Source of the DNA: Mantamonas sphyraenae STR306
Taxonomy: Eukaryota > Protista > CRuMs
NCBI GenBank assembly: GCA_026936335.1
Contig: JAPMXV010000070.1
Location: 239,351-303,350, forward strand
Length of the DNA: 64,000 bases
Reading direction: 5' to 3'
Each line of letters opens with the position of its first letter. Position 1 is the stretch's first letter. The notes beneath the pieces are model-generated. The model made no database searches. It had not been told where the DNA came from and worked only from the letters and a program-made list of their open reading frames with translations. The translations under genes and the position numbers were made by a program. This document shows positions 12,692 to 24,626 of this stretch, in pieces.

Positions 12692-14902
12692 TCATGCATT
12701 GACATTGAACCGAATGGCGTCCGTGCCGGTGGTGAGAAGGACGGAGATGTAGTTGAGGACAAAGTAGATGACGACGGCAAAGTAGAGAAAGTTCTTGCGG
12801 AAGTGCTCCCAGATGATCTTCTTGCGAGAGAAGGTGATGCCAAAGACGTCCTGGCCGCGGATGACACGGAGGCGGTCCTCGAGCTTCTTGAGGCGGCTGC
12901 GCATGAGTTTGAAGCCGATAAAGTGGCAGATCATCTTGAAGGCCCAGACGACGGCAAAGGAGGTGTAAACGCGGCCGAGGAGGGTTGGGTCGACGCGGCA
13001 GCTGACGTAGCAGGACTCTGCGGCGCCAAGGCTCTGGCGGAGGTTGTAATCGACGCTGATCATGATGGGGATGGCAATCATGAGGTTGTTTGCGACAAAG
13101 TCCTGGAAGGAGAGGAGAATGCGTGCCTGGAGGGCTTCGTCGGAGAGGTCGTCGGACATGTTGGGAGTGTGGAGGCGGAGACAGCGGCGGATGAGGGGAG
13201 AGACGTTTGAGCCAAGGTCACCCGAGAGGCCAGAGTCCTTGACGACGATCTCGGCGCCCTGGATGGCCAGGAGGGTCCAGCCGACCCAGCCGTTCTGGCC
13301 AAAGAGGGTGTCTGGCTGGAGGAAGAAGAGGTTGAGGAGGCAGGTGGTGACACACTGGCCAATAAAGACAAACTTGGGAAAGACGCGCTCGGAGCTCATC
13401 CACTTGGCACACTTTTCGTGGACGTAGAGCACGAGGGCGAGGAAGATGATGAAGCCGATGTTTGCCATGAACTTGTCAAACTGGGAGCTTGCGGTGAGGA
13501 TGTACTTGCCCAGGGGCACGAGGGCGAGGAAGCTCTCGAGGAAAAACGCGTAGAGGAGGAGGTGAGGGAAGGAGTTTTCGAGGCGCTTCTGCATGAGGGA
13601 GTCGATGAAAAAGATGATGAGGATAAAGGGAATGAGGCCGACAAAGAAGTAGACGTTGGTCTGGAAGTCGAAGATGGAGGAGAGGATGTGTGCGCCAACA
13701 AAGAGGTAGTAAGCGATGAAGGTGACGATGGACTTGAGGTCGTCCCAGAACGGGGTATCGTCGTCGTCGTTGTCGACGTAGATGGGCAGGCCGCGAGAGT
13801 CGCGGAGCTGCTTGGAGTCTGAGGAGGAGCCAACTGGGTCGTCGTCGTCGTCGTCGAGGTTGCCCTTGAGGGCGGCGCCCTTTTTGCGGGACATGAGGGC
13901 GTGGCTCTCGCTGAAGGGAGAGTCGTACTCGAGGTCGTCGTCGTCTGCGTCGAGGAGACGTGCACTGTGTGCGCTGGGCACCATGGCGGCGCGAGAGGCG
14001 CTGAAGGGAGAGTCAAACTCGAGGTCGGCCTCTTCGTTGTCGACGAGGCGTGCGGCGCGCTCGCCAGCAAAGGGGTCTTCGTCGCGGCCGTCTGAGCCAC
14101 GGACAGTGAGACCGACAGTGGCTGGGGTGTTCCAGTTTTCGGATTCGAGTTCGAGATCGTCTGTGGTGGGGGACGGGTGAGGGGAGGGGAAGCGGGGGGC
14201 GGTCGGCGGTGTGAGCCCTCTCTCGGGTCGTGTGGGTGCAGGGGGGAGGCTGAGACGGAGGAGGCCGGCGGGAATAGGTGGAATGGGCGTATGGAAAGGG
14301 AATGGGGCCGGGGGAATGGGAGTGTCGTGTGCGGGAATGGGTGTGCCGGGAGGTAGGAGAACGGGTCACAAAAAACCCGGAGTGAAAAATGAGGGGCGCG
14401 CAGGTGAGGCGGAAAAGGCAGGGCCAAAGGGGACGGTGGAGGAAAGGGAGAGGCAAAGTCACTGACCTTGGTCGTCTTGTTCGTCGACGTCGTCACCTTC
14501 GCGCATGCGAGAGCGGCGGCGGTAGAACCAGTAGGGCATGATAACGCCGCGGTTGACGAGGACAATGACGCCTCCAACAAAGGCGCTGACTGCAGTGCGC
14601 TGCATGAGGCCGAGCTCCTGGAAACTGTTCCAAAAGGCAAAGAGGAGGGAGGCGCCGAGGAGGTAGAGGAAAAGGAGGACGTTCTGGAAGTAGAAGTAGG
14701 CGGAGCCGTGGATGGACCAGAACGGGTAGATGCGAAGGATCTCAAAGGTGATGATGAAGAGGGCGGCGACAAGGCCGAGGGAGTGGTAGCGGAAGAGGAT
14801 GACTGGGATGAGACCAAGGACAACGGCGACCACAAAGGTGGTGACAAAGGCAGTCACATAGAGTGTGAGGGCCTTTGTTTTGATGGACTCCCAGTCAACC
14901 AT
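12692..14902 (-). CDS. Multi-pass membrane protein, 2 exons (14902-14467, 14160-12692)
   Basis: Hydrophobic exon 1 (MVDWESIKTKALTLYV...), GTCAGT...CACAG intron 14466-14161, then an acidic linker and a ~7-TM C-terminal region (ORF 12692..13984). Confidence 0.75.
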
Positions 14903-14972
14903 TTGGATCTGCGCGCTAGGTTTGGTTGGGAGGGCAAGGGGGGGGGCATTGAATTGGTGTACATTGTGGAAG

Positions 14973-16774
14973 CTACCCTTTGATGACGGCAACGGGCCGC
15001 ATGCGTGCAACCTTTGAGGAGATGCCAGCAGCGTCGCAGGTGTCGACGACGGCGGTGACATCCTTGTAGCTCTCGTCGGCCTCTTCGACGACGAGCTTGG
15101 GGCTGGCGACACGGATGGAAATGCCCTTTGCGGCGAGTTTGTCGAGGACTTCTTTGTAGTTGAGCTCACGACGGCTCTTTGCGCGAGACTGGGCACGCCC
15201 TGCACCGTGGCAAGTGGAGCCAAAGGTGTCGCGCATGCCGACTTCTGTGCCTGTAAGGACGTAGGAATTGGTGCCCATGGTGCCGCCAATGAGGATGGGC
15301 TGACCGCAGAGCTGGTAGTCGACGGGAATGAGCGGATGGTGGGGACCAAAGGCGCGGGTGGCACCCTTGCGGTGGACGAGGAGACGACGGATCTTGCCAT
15401 CGACAAGATGCTCCTCAACCTTGGCAATGTTGTGGGAGACGTCGTAGATGACGTGCATGTCAAGGTCGTCCGGAGTGGAGTTGAAGGCCTTGGCAAAGGC
15501 CTGGCGTGTGAGGAAGGTCATGCTCTGGCGGTTGACCCATGCATAGTTGCTTGCAGCAGCCATGGCGTCGAGGTAGTCCTGTCCCTCTTGGCTGTGGATG
15601 CGGGCGCAGGAGAGCTGGCGGTCGTTGACGGTGATGCCGTCTCGGGCCATGGCCTTTTCCATGCTCTGGAGTGCGTCTGTGGCAACTTGGTGGCCGAGGC
15701 CACGGCTGCCACTGTGAATCATGACGCAAACCTGGCCCTCCTCCTCGAGGCCCATTTTGCTTGCGGCGCTGCGGTTGAAGAGCTTGTCGACGATTTGGAT
15801 TTCGGCGTAGTGGTTGCCTGCGCCGAGGGTGCCGAGCTGGGGCAGTCCACGCTTCTTTGCACGTGTGCCGACCTTGCTGGGGTCTGCATTGAGCATGCGG
15901 CCGTATTCTTCGCAGTGCTCCTTGTCCTCAGCCCAGGCGTAGCCCTCGCGGATGCTCCAGTCGAGGCCCATCTCGAGGGCCTCCTCGAGGGCATTGGAGG
16001 AGGTGGGGATGACGCCCTTGGAGCCGACGCCGACGGGGATATGGTTAAAGAGGGATTGGGTGAGGTCTTCCTTGATGTCTTTGAGGTCGCTTTCAAAGAG
16101 GTTTGTGCGGAGGAGGCGGACGCCGCAGTTGATGTCAAAGCCGACGCCACCTGGGGAGACGACGGCATCTGAGGAGTCCATGTCGAAGGCAGCGACGTTT
16201 CCTGTTGGAGAGGTTGGTGGAGGGAGGGGGGGGGAGGATTCGAGGATGAGTGGAAGGGAGTGTGTGGGGGGGAAGAGCATTGATCAGCATACCGATGGCA
16301 AAGCCGTAGCCAGAGTGGACGTCGGGGAGGCCGATGGAATACTGTGGGTGGTGGGAATGGAGTGGATTGTTGGAAGGGTTGGGGTGAGGAAGTGGGCGGG
16401 GGGAGCAGGGGGACCGTGCTTGGGTGGTCAGAGGCGGAGTGGCATTTTCTTGGATTTGGGTCCCAGAGGCCAGAGGCGGCGGCCACAGGATAGAGGGTGA
16501 GCGGGTAGGGACATACCTTGACAATGCCGGGGAGGGCGGCGACGTTTGCAATTTGTTTCATGGCCGGAAGGAAGCCAGACATGCGGTTGGTGCCGGAAAA
16601 GGCCTCGAGCTCGCCAAACATGAGCTTTTCGAGTTTGGAGTTGACGTAGAACTTGCCCGGGACGTTCATGTTTTCCACAAAGCCCTCGGAGATGGAGAAC
16701 TGGGTGTTGTCCACGCGCTGGACAAACTCGCACTCTTCCTCGTAGGTTCGGGAGGGGGTGGAAGACGAGGACAT
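14973..16774 (-). CDS. RTCB: RNA-splicing ligase RtcB (tRNA ligase), 3 exons (16774-16517, 16341-16293, 16201-14973)
   Basis: Motifs [50 protein letters not shown] and C-terminal AVIKG; GTATG...CAG introns. Confidence 0.97.
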
Positions 16775-16954
16775 GTCCTTGGTTGAGTTGGGAGGGAGGG
16801 CGGGTGGATGGGAGAGAAGGAGATGGACCGGGGGAGGGGAGGGGAGGGGGAGGGGGGAGGGATGCATGGGTGGTGTGGGTGGGTGGGTGGGGTGCAGTGT
16901 TCAGGGTGGGAGAAGTGGGTGCGAGCTTGCCAGCAAACAAATCCAGAAATCGAC

Positions 16955-19287
16955 ATGAAGTTCATCGTGTTTGCTGCAATCATTGCATTTGCAGCGTTTG
17001 CTGCGATGCCTGTGGATGCTGCGAGCGAGATGGAATGCACCATGTGCCAGTTCCTGGCGCAGGAGGTGCGTTTTGAGAGTGGGGGGCCAAATCCACGCGC
17101 GAGGGCAGCGGACCGTTTTGTTTGCGAAGCTGACACAAGTCGGGTGGGTACACGGGGTGTGTGTACGTGCGTGCGTGCGTGTGTGTGTGTGTACGTCTGC
17201 GTGGTGGCGAACGTGGCGCAGGTGGAGACGTACATCACCAACAACAACACTGAGCACGGTGAGTTTTTTGAGCAAAAGCAAGAGACGGTCGAGAACCACG
17301 ATGCGGCGAAGGAAGGAAAAGAGAGGCAGCGTACGCTGACATCCATGCGCGTATACGATCGGCATCCGCAGAAATCGTCACCAAGATGGATGACCTGTGC
17401 AACAAGCTGAGCACAAAGTTCTCGGGCACGGTAAGTAGGGCGCAAAGGAGGAGCAAAGGGACACACATGCTTGGCAAGGCTCCTTTTTTTGCAGGAAGCA
17501 GGTTGGCCAAGGCAGGCGAAGGGGCCCAGGGGAGAGGTGGACACTGACGCAAGGGGCATGTGCTGTTGTGTGTGTGCGTGCGCAGTGCAAGGACATCGTG
17601 GACAACTACCTGGTGACCATCATCGAGGCCGTTGTGGCACGCGAGACGCCCGAGTAAGTTCTGCGTGGATTTTCGCTCAATGGGACGGTTGGGCCACAGG
17701 AGCTGACATGGGAGGGTGGGACCCAACAGCGTGATCTGCCAGCAGATCAAGATCTGCCCGGCTCCGTCGAGCAGCAAGGCAGCCACGATCCCTGTGGCCA
17801 AGGTGGAGGGTGGCGAATACTGCGCCATCTGCGAGTTTGTGATGAGCAAGCTTGAGGACCTGATCAGCAGCCAGAGCACGCAGCAGGAGATCATTGCTGC
17901 CCTGGACAAGGTGTGCGACCTGCTGCCCAAGTCTGTGTCGGGCGAGTGCGAGTCGCTGGTCAACACGTACGGCCCACAGATCCTGCAGCTGCTGCTGCAG
18001 AAGGAGCCGCCCAAGACGGTGTGCACCCAGCTGGGTCTGTGCAAGAACAGCAGCTCACTGCGTGTGGAGCCCGCTCGCGTGCAGGGCGGTGCATACTGCG
18101 CGATCTGCGAGTTTGTGATGAGCAAGCTTGAGGAGGTGCTGAGCAACAACAGCACGGAGCAGGAGATCATTGCTGCGGTGGAGAAGGTGTGTGGATTCCT
18201 GCCCAAGACTGTGGCAAGCGAGTGCGACTCTCTGGTGTCGACGTACGGCCCGGAAATCATCCAGCTGCTGCTGCAGAAGGAGCCGCCCCAAACAGTGTGC
18301 ACCCAGCTGGGTCTGTGCCACAGCAAGGCACGCACGCTGCCCATCGGCCCCGAGAAGAAGCAGCACAAGCGCACCGAGCCGGTGGGCCCCGAGAAGGTCA
18401 TGGGTGGTGCCGAGTGCGCCCTGTGCGAGTTTGTGATGAGCAAGCTTGAGGATCTGGTGGGCGAGAACTCGACCCAGCAGGAGATCATCGCTGCCCTGGA
18501 CAAGGTGTGCGGCTACCTGCCCAAGACCATCCAGAAGGACTGCCAGGAGCTGATCAACACGTACGGCCCGCAGATCCTGCAGCTGCTGCTGCAGAAGGAG
18601 CCGCCCCAAACGATCTGCTCGCAGATCGGCCTGTGCAAGAACAGCAGCGAGGTTGTGGTGCGCGGCATGGCCGGCCCCAAGATCGTGAGCAAGAAGGAGT
18701 CGCTGAAAGGCGGTGCATACTGCGCGATCTGCGAGTTTGTGATGAGCAAGCTTGAGGAGGTGCTGAGCAACAACAGCACGGAGCAGGAGATCATTGCTGC
18801 GGTGGAGAAGGTGTGCGGATTCCTGCCCAAGACTGTGGCCAGCGAGTGCGACTCTCTGGTGTCGACGTACGGCCCGCAGATCATCCAGCTGCTGCTGCAG
18901 AAGGAGCCGCCCCAAACGGTGTGCACCCAGCTGGGTCTGTGCAAGAGCAGCCAGACGGCGCGTGTGGGCGCCAGCGTGAGCGCTGGTGGCGAGTGTGCGC
19001 TGTGCGAGTTTGTGATGAGCAAGCTGGAGGACCTGCTGACGGAGAACTCGACAGAGACGGCGATCCTGAACGCACTGGAGAAGGTGTGCGGGTTCCTGCC
19101 GAGCTCGCTGTCGGGTGAGTGCGATGCACTGATCCAGCAGTACGGCCCGCAGATGTTCCAGCTGTTTGTGCAGAAGGAGCCGCCCAAGGTGATCTGCACG
19201 CAGCTGGGCATTTGCAAGAGCAACGTGGTGAAGAGCGTTCCGCTGCGCGGCTCTCGCAAGCCTACCCACACGCACCACTACTTTTGA
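16955..19287 (+). CDS. Prosaposin-like multi-saposin precursor, paralog 1 (signal peptide + 6 SapB domains), 5 exons
   Basis: Signal peptide MKFIVFAAII; repeated CxxC...C...C...C...C SapB pattern; four short introns within the first SapB domain (~17066-17729). Confidence 0.93.
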
Positions 19288-19373
19288 AGTGCTTGTGGAG
19301 AGATGGTAGGGAAGGAAACGAGTCAATGGACAGTGTGATTTTCCTGCTCGTGAATGAGTGTTGATGATGTTGT

Positions 19374-21287
19374 TTATCTCTTGAAAACGTACGGGGCCGG
19401 CTCCGATGGTGTGCTGTCATTGGCAAGGTGGTAAGTGCCACCGAGGTGGCCGAGGATGCGATCAAACACTTCGTCCGGGAGGGTGGTCCACAGCCCCGTT
19501 GGCTCGTAGTCCTCCATGGTTCCTGCCTCAAAGAGGAGATCTCGCTCTGTTTCGTTGAGGAGGATGGCGAGTTCGATTTCCATGTCCATCTGGGGCGAGA
19601 CGAGCCAGTGAAGATTGTCCGTCCAGAAGAGCGGGGTCGCCAGCAGGGCTTCGTCGGACAGGGCGATCACCTCGCGGTCGTGCTTCCAGAACGTTTTTGC
19701 TGCCCTTTCGCTCTCATAGTGTGCAAAGCTGTAGTTTCCTCCAGGGACGCCGTGGGAGAGGAGGAGAAGGACGATGGGGAGAGAGCCGCGCGAACGTGCA
19801 TAATACATGGGCGTCACGCCGTCGGCATTGGTAACAGAGGCGTCTGCACCGCCTTCGAGGAGAGCGACGGCCGAGTCAAGGTGGTCTTTGAAGCAGGCGA
19901 GGAGGAGCGGGGTCACCTTGTCCGGTCGTGTGGCGTGGATGTCGGGGAAGGCCTTGTTGGCCAGGAGGAGCTTGACACATGCGTGTTGGCCCTTGTTGAC
20001 GGCGTAGTGGAGGGCTGAGAAGCCATGCTGGTCGATGGAGTTGACGTCGGTGTCGGTGAGGCGAAGGATGGCATCCAAACACCGGTAGCGGCCGCTCTGG
20101 GCAGCATACATGAGCGCATGAGCGTTTGCATCCTTGCCACCGGCCTTGCAGAGCAGGCTGAGGATGTGTGGGTTGTTGTTACGCACAGCCACAAGCAGCG
20201 CAGAGGAGTCCTTGTGCTGGACATTGGGCGAGGCGCCCGCGTCGAGGAGGACCTTGACGACGGTGGCCAGGTCGAGATGGACGGCCATCCAAAGGGGAGT
20301 GAGACCATCGGCACGTTGGATGCCTGGGTCAATGCCCAGGTCGAGGAGACAGCGGACAACCTTGGGGCCGGACTGGACGGCTGCGTGGAGGACGGTGCTG
20401 CCACTGGGAGTGGTGTCCTGCATCGTGGACGAGTCAGCTTTGGCAAGAGCGAGGATGCACTCTGTGCGATGGACACGGATGGCGTGGAGCATGGCGGTGA
20501 GGCCATCGCCAGCCCGAGCAAAGCTCGCTGGGGCTCCAGCTTGGATGAGGAGAGGGATGGCTGCGGTGAGCTGGCGGTCCACAAGAGTCATGAGCAGTGT
20601 GTACTCCAGCTGGGATTGGTGGAAAAAGTCGATGGCATGGCCGTCCGGGTTGGCAACAGCGCCGTGGAGGAGAGCCACGGCGAATTCTTCTGCCTGGGCA
20701 TCGTCGTCAAAGGTGCCCAAAACTTTCCACATGGCAGCGTTGAGAGGGACGCAGGTGGAAATGTCTGTGACGAGGTCGAGGTTGCGCCTGTCCAAGGCGT
20801 GTGCGAGGGTGTGCTCAGAGGGCTGTGCACCGTGTTTCCGAAGGATGGCGGCGGCGGCGTCCTTTCCATCCTTGATGGCAATGTCCAAGGGCGTGAGGCC
20901 ATCCGAGTGGACGAGACCCGTGGTGCTGTCGCCGCTGACCGACGTGGACAGGACGAGCGGGAGTGTGTCTGCGTTGAGGGTGGCAAAGGTGTCGAGGATG
21001 AGATCGAGCTCGTCGTTCAGGTCGGCGAGGACGAGCTCGTGGAGGATGGACATTTCCAGGGTGTCGTTGTGATGGTAGGTGAGGTCGGCGTCGTGTGTGA
21101 GGAGCAGGTTGATCATGTCTGGCTGGTGGGTGATGGCGGCTTCGAGGAGAGGCGGCTTGCGACCGAGTTCGCTGGGGGAATGGTTGAGCTTGGCACCGTC
21201 GTCGATGGCTGTGGCGGCAAGGGCGAGGTTGCCTTCTTGGATGGCCTCAAAGAGGTGTGTGGTGGCCTTGGAGACGCTGTTGCCCAT
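19374..21287 (-). CDS. Ankyrin-repeat protein with N-myristoylation-like start (MGNSVS) and C-terminal F-box-like module
   Basis: Multiple G.TPL..A ankyrin motifs; C-terminal WTTLPDEVFDRILGHL. Confidence 0.9.
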   Translation of the reverse strand: MGNSVSKATTHLFEAIQEGNLALAATAIDDGAKLNHSPSELGRKPPLLEAAITHQPDMINLLLTHDADLTYHHNDTLEMSILHELVLADLNDELDLILDTFATLNADTLPLVLSTSVSGDSTTGLVHSDGLTPLDIAIKDGKDAAAAILRKHGAQPSEHTLAHALDRRNLDLVTDISTCVPLNAAMWKVLGTFDDDAQAEEFAVALLHGAVANPDGHAIDFFHQSQLEYTLLMTLVDRQLTAAIPLLIQAGAPASFARAGDGLTAMLHAIRVHRTECILALAKADSSTMQDTTPSGSTVLHAAVQSGPKVVRCLLDLGIDPGIQRADGLTPLWMAVHLDLATVVKVLLDAGASPNVQHKDSSALLVAVRNNNPHILSLLCKAGGKDANAHALMYAAQSGRYRCLDAILRLTDTDVNSIDQHGFSALHYAVNKGQHACVKLLLANKAFPDIHATRPDKVTPLLLACFKDHLDSAVALLEGGADASVTNADGVTPMYYARSRGSLPIVLLLLSHGVPGGNYSFAHYESERAAKTFWKHDREVIALSDEALLATPLFWTDNLHWLVSPQMDMEIELAILLNETERDLLFEAGTMEDYEPTGLWTTLPDEVFDRILGHLGGTYHLANDSTPSEPAPYVFKR

Positions 21288-21344
21288 GGTAGGAATGTGT
21301 TGGGAGCCCGCGCGGACGCATTTCTTTTTCTTTCTCTTGCCAGG

Positions 21345-22286
21345 ATGTCATCGACTGCAACCGACTGTGCAGTGTGCCATCCGTTTTGGAAGTTGTCGCA
21401 GGCGTGTGGGCTGGCGGAAAAGAGCACGTGTGCAAGTGTGATTGGACTGCAACTGGCGCTGTGTGCGGTTGTGTTTCTGCCCGCGGCGGCACGCTCGGTC
21501 AAGGTGATTCTGTCGTGCAAAGGAGGCCGCATTGCAAAGTCGCACACGGTGGTGTTTGGGCTGGGGGCGTTGTGTAAGTTATGGGCGCAGGAATTGGGCG
21601 GCGAGAGGGCCGCAGGAGGCGAGCCGGGGGTTTGTTCACTGACACGAAAAGGGGGGTGTTGCTTTCCGGGTGCGGTGCCAGTCAACGTTGTGCTGGCTGT
21701 GGTGGGACTGGTGGTGTCTGGAGACGACCAAGGCCTGCAGGCGGTGTTTGTGGTGGGCAAGTACGTGGCTGTGATTGCCAGTGCATGGATTGTGGCGCAG
21801 AGGCACTTTGGCGGGCGCAGCGACGGGATGGGACACCCTCTGCCGTTTGCAGTGCTGCTTCTGCTGTGCCTGATCATGAGCGTGTTGGGAGTGTTTGCCA
21901 TGGGCGACAACTATGCGTTTGTGAGTGTGGCGGGTGCGTTGGTGGTTGCTGCATGGTGCTTTGTGCAGGCACGGCGCTACGTGCGAGGGGCGAGCAAGAA
22001 GCACCTGCTGGAGGCGGAGGACGCACGCAGGCTTGTGACGTGGTATGTGCTGATGGTGATTGGTCATGTGCTGATGGGAGTGTCGTGGATTGCTCATGCT
22101 GTGGTCGTGTTGACCGGGGCGGCTGGCACGACGCTGCTGGCGGTGTTTCTTGTCGAGGCTGCTTTTTGGCTGGGCTTCGTGGTCGTGGCCTTGCCGCACT
22201 GTGTGCTCAACGTGCCTCGCCTGCTGATGTTGGAGGAGGGATTGATGGATGAAGGGGGGGAGACGGATGAGGAAGGAGGGAAGTGA
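21345..22286 (+). CDS. Multi-pass membrane protein of unknown function (probable in-frame intron 21574-21681)
   Basis: About 7 hydrophobic segments; GTAAGT donor, CTGAC branch point and CAG acceptor define a 108-nt intron; divergent from the ankyrin gene with a 57-bp gap. Confidence 0.7.
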   Translation: MSSTATDCAVCHPFWKLSQACGLAEKSTCASVIGLQLALCAVVFLPAAARSVKVILSCKGGRIAKSHTVVFGLGALCKLWAQELGGERAAGGEPGVCSLTRKGGCCFPGAVPVNVVLAVVGLVVSGDDQGLQAVFVVGKYVAVIASAWIVAQRHFGGRSDGMGHPLPFAVLLLLCLIMSVLGVFAMGDNYAFVSVAGALVVAAWCFVQARRYVRGASKKHLLEAEDARRLVTWYVLMVIGHVLMGVSWIAHAVVVLTGAAGTTLLAVFLVEAAFWLGFVVVALPHCVLNVPRLLMLEEGLMDEGGETDEEGGK

Positions 22287-22322
22287 GAGGCGCGAGCGGG
22301 CACAACGAAACAAATCACGAAA

Positions 22323-24467
22323 ATGATGAACAAGGCCATTCTTGTGACTGCCATCATTGCTGTCGTGGCTTTTGCCGCCGTGCCAGTGCAGGCGGGAGAG
22401 ATGGACTGCACCATGTGCCAGTTCCTGGCGCAGGAGGTGAGTGCAAAGGGAGAATTGCGGACGCAAAGGCGACGGGCGCCGAGGGAGAACAGCAGGGAGG
22501 GGTGGCTGACATGGGCGTGCACAGGTGGAGAGCTATGTGACCAACAACAACACGGAGCATGGTGAGTTTGGATGCCGGGCAGCAGGGAGGGCGAGCGAGG
22601 TTGCGGAAGGGGAAGCAAACGGCTGACGGAAAACGCGAGATGCGCAGAAATCGTGACGAAGCTGGACGACCTGTGCAGCAAGCTGAGCGACAAGTTCTCT
22701 GGTCAGGTGAGTGGCAAGCGGGAGACGGAAGGGGGCTGGAAGGCTCGCGAGAGGCGAAGACGTGCGAGAGGAGGCAATGGGAGGAGCAGGAGAAGGAAGT
22801 GTGTGTGGGGGGGGGGAAGCATGCCGCGCGACATGGAACGGACGGGAGGTTGGCCCCTTTTTTTTTCCGAGGGCTGGACAGGCGAGGCTGACACAGGGTG
22901 CGTGCGGGATGGACAGTGCAAGGACATTGTGGACAACTACTTTGTGGCCATCCTGGAGGCTGTTGTGGCCAAGGAGACGCCCGAGTAAGTGTGGGGGCAG
23001 AGAGGGAGAAAAGTGGACGGTGGAAAAATGGCCGGGGCGTGGAATGAGGCTGACACACGTGCGTACAGTGTGATCTGCCAGCAGATCAAGGTGTGCCCGG
23101 CCCCGTCGAGCGGACGCACGACACCCATCGGCCCTGAGAAGAGCGAGATGAAGGCGACGCCGCTGGAGTGCGCATCGTGCGAGTGGCTGTTTACGGAGGC
23201 CGAGAACGTGCTGCAGAGCAACGCCACCGAGCAGGACATTGAGCACGAGCTGTCCAACATCTGCAACAAGCTGCCCGGAGGCATCGGCGAGACCTGCGCC
23301 GGCCTTGTGCAGACGTACCTGCCGGAGATTGTGAAGATTGTGGTGCAGAAGTACCCGCCCAAGACGCTGTGCCAGCTGCTCAAGGTGTGCGAGACGCAGC
23401 GTGTGGGTCCCCTGGGCCCCGAGTCGCACCCGCGTGTGGGTCCCCTGGGCCCTGAGAAGAAGCACCACCAGCGTGTGGGTCCCCTGGGCCCCGAGAGGAA
23501 GCACCACCAGCGTGTGGGTCCCCTTGGCCCCGAGAGGAAGCACCACCAGCGTGTGGGTCCCCTTGGCCCCGAGAAGGTCATGGGTGGTGCCGAGTGCGCC
23601 CTGTGCGAGTTTGTGATGAGCAAGCTTGAGGATCTGGTGGGCGAGAACTCGACCCAGCAGGAGATCATCGCTGCCCTGGACAAGGTGTGCGGCTACCTGC
23701 CCAAGACCATCCAGAAGGACTGCCAGGAGCTGATCAACACGTACGGCCCGCAGATCCTGCAGCTGCTGCTGCAGAAGGAGCCGCCCCAAACGATCTGCTC
23801 GCAGATCGGCCTGTGCAAGAACAGCAGCGAGGTTGTGGTGCGCGGCATGGCCGGCCCCAAGATCGTGAGCAAGAAGGAGTCGCTGAAGGGCGGTGCATAC
23901 TGCGCGATCTGCGAGTTTGTGATGAGCAAGCTTGAGGAGGTGCTGAGCAACAACAGCACGGAGCAGGAGATCATTGCTGCGGTGGAGAAGGTGTGCGGAT
24001 TCCTGCCCAAGACTGTGGCCAGCGAGTGCGACTCTCTGGTGTCGACGTACGGCCCGCAGATCATCCAGCTGCTGCTGCAGAAGGAGCCGCCCCAAACGGT
24101 GTGCACCCAGCTGGGTCTGTGCAAGAGCAGCCAGACGGCGCGTGTGGGCGCCAGCGTGAGCGCTGGTGGCGAGTGTGCGCTGTGCGAGTTTGTGATGAGC
24201 AAGCTGGAGGACCTGCTGACGGAGAACTCGACAGAGACGGCGATCCTGAACGCACTGGAGAAGGTGTGCGGGTTCCTGCCGAGCTCGCTGTCGGGTGAGT
24301 GCGATGCACTGATCCAGCAGTACGGCCCGCAGATGTTCCAGCTGTTTGTGCAGAAGGAGCCGCCCAAGGTGATCTGCACGCAGCTGGGCATTTGCAAGAG
24401 CAACGTGGTGAAGAGCGTTCCGCTGCGCGGCTCTCGCAAGCCTGCCCACACGCACCACTACTTTTGA
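22323..24467 (+). CDS. Prosaposin-like multi-saposin precursor, paralog 2 (signal peptide + 5 SapB domains), 5 exons
   Basis: Same intron positions as paralog 1; SapB cysteine pattern; RVGPLGPE(R/K)KHHQ linker repeats. Confidence 0.93.
23398..23575 (+). repeat. 39-bp coding tandem repeat (RVGPLGPE.KHHQ, ~4.5 copies)
   Basis: Directly visible cgtgtgggtcccct(g/t)ggccccgag units. Confidence 0.9.
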
Positions 24468-24626
24468 AGTGCTTGTGGAGAGATGGTAGGGAAGGAAACG
24501 AGTCAATGGACAGTGTGATTTTCCTGCTCGTGAATGAGTGTTGAGTGTCTTTGTTGTTTGCGCTGGCGGACGCACGGCAGGTTGCGCGCAGAGAGAAGTG
24601 GAAGAAGGAAGAAGAAAATTTCGGAG

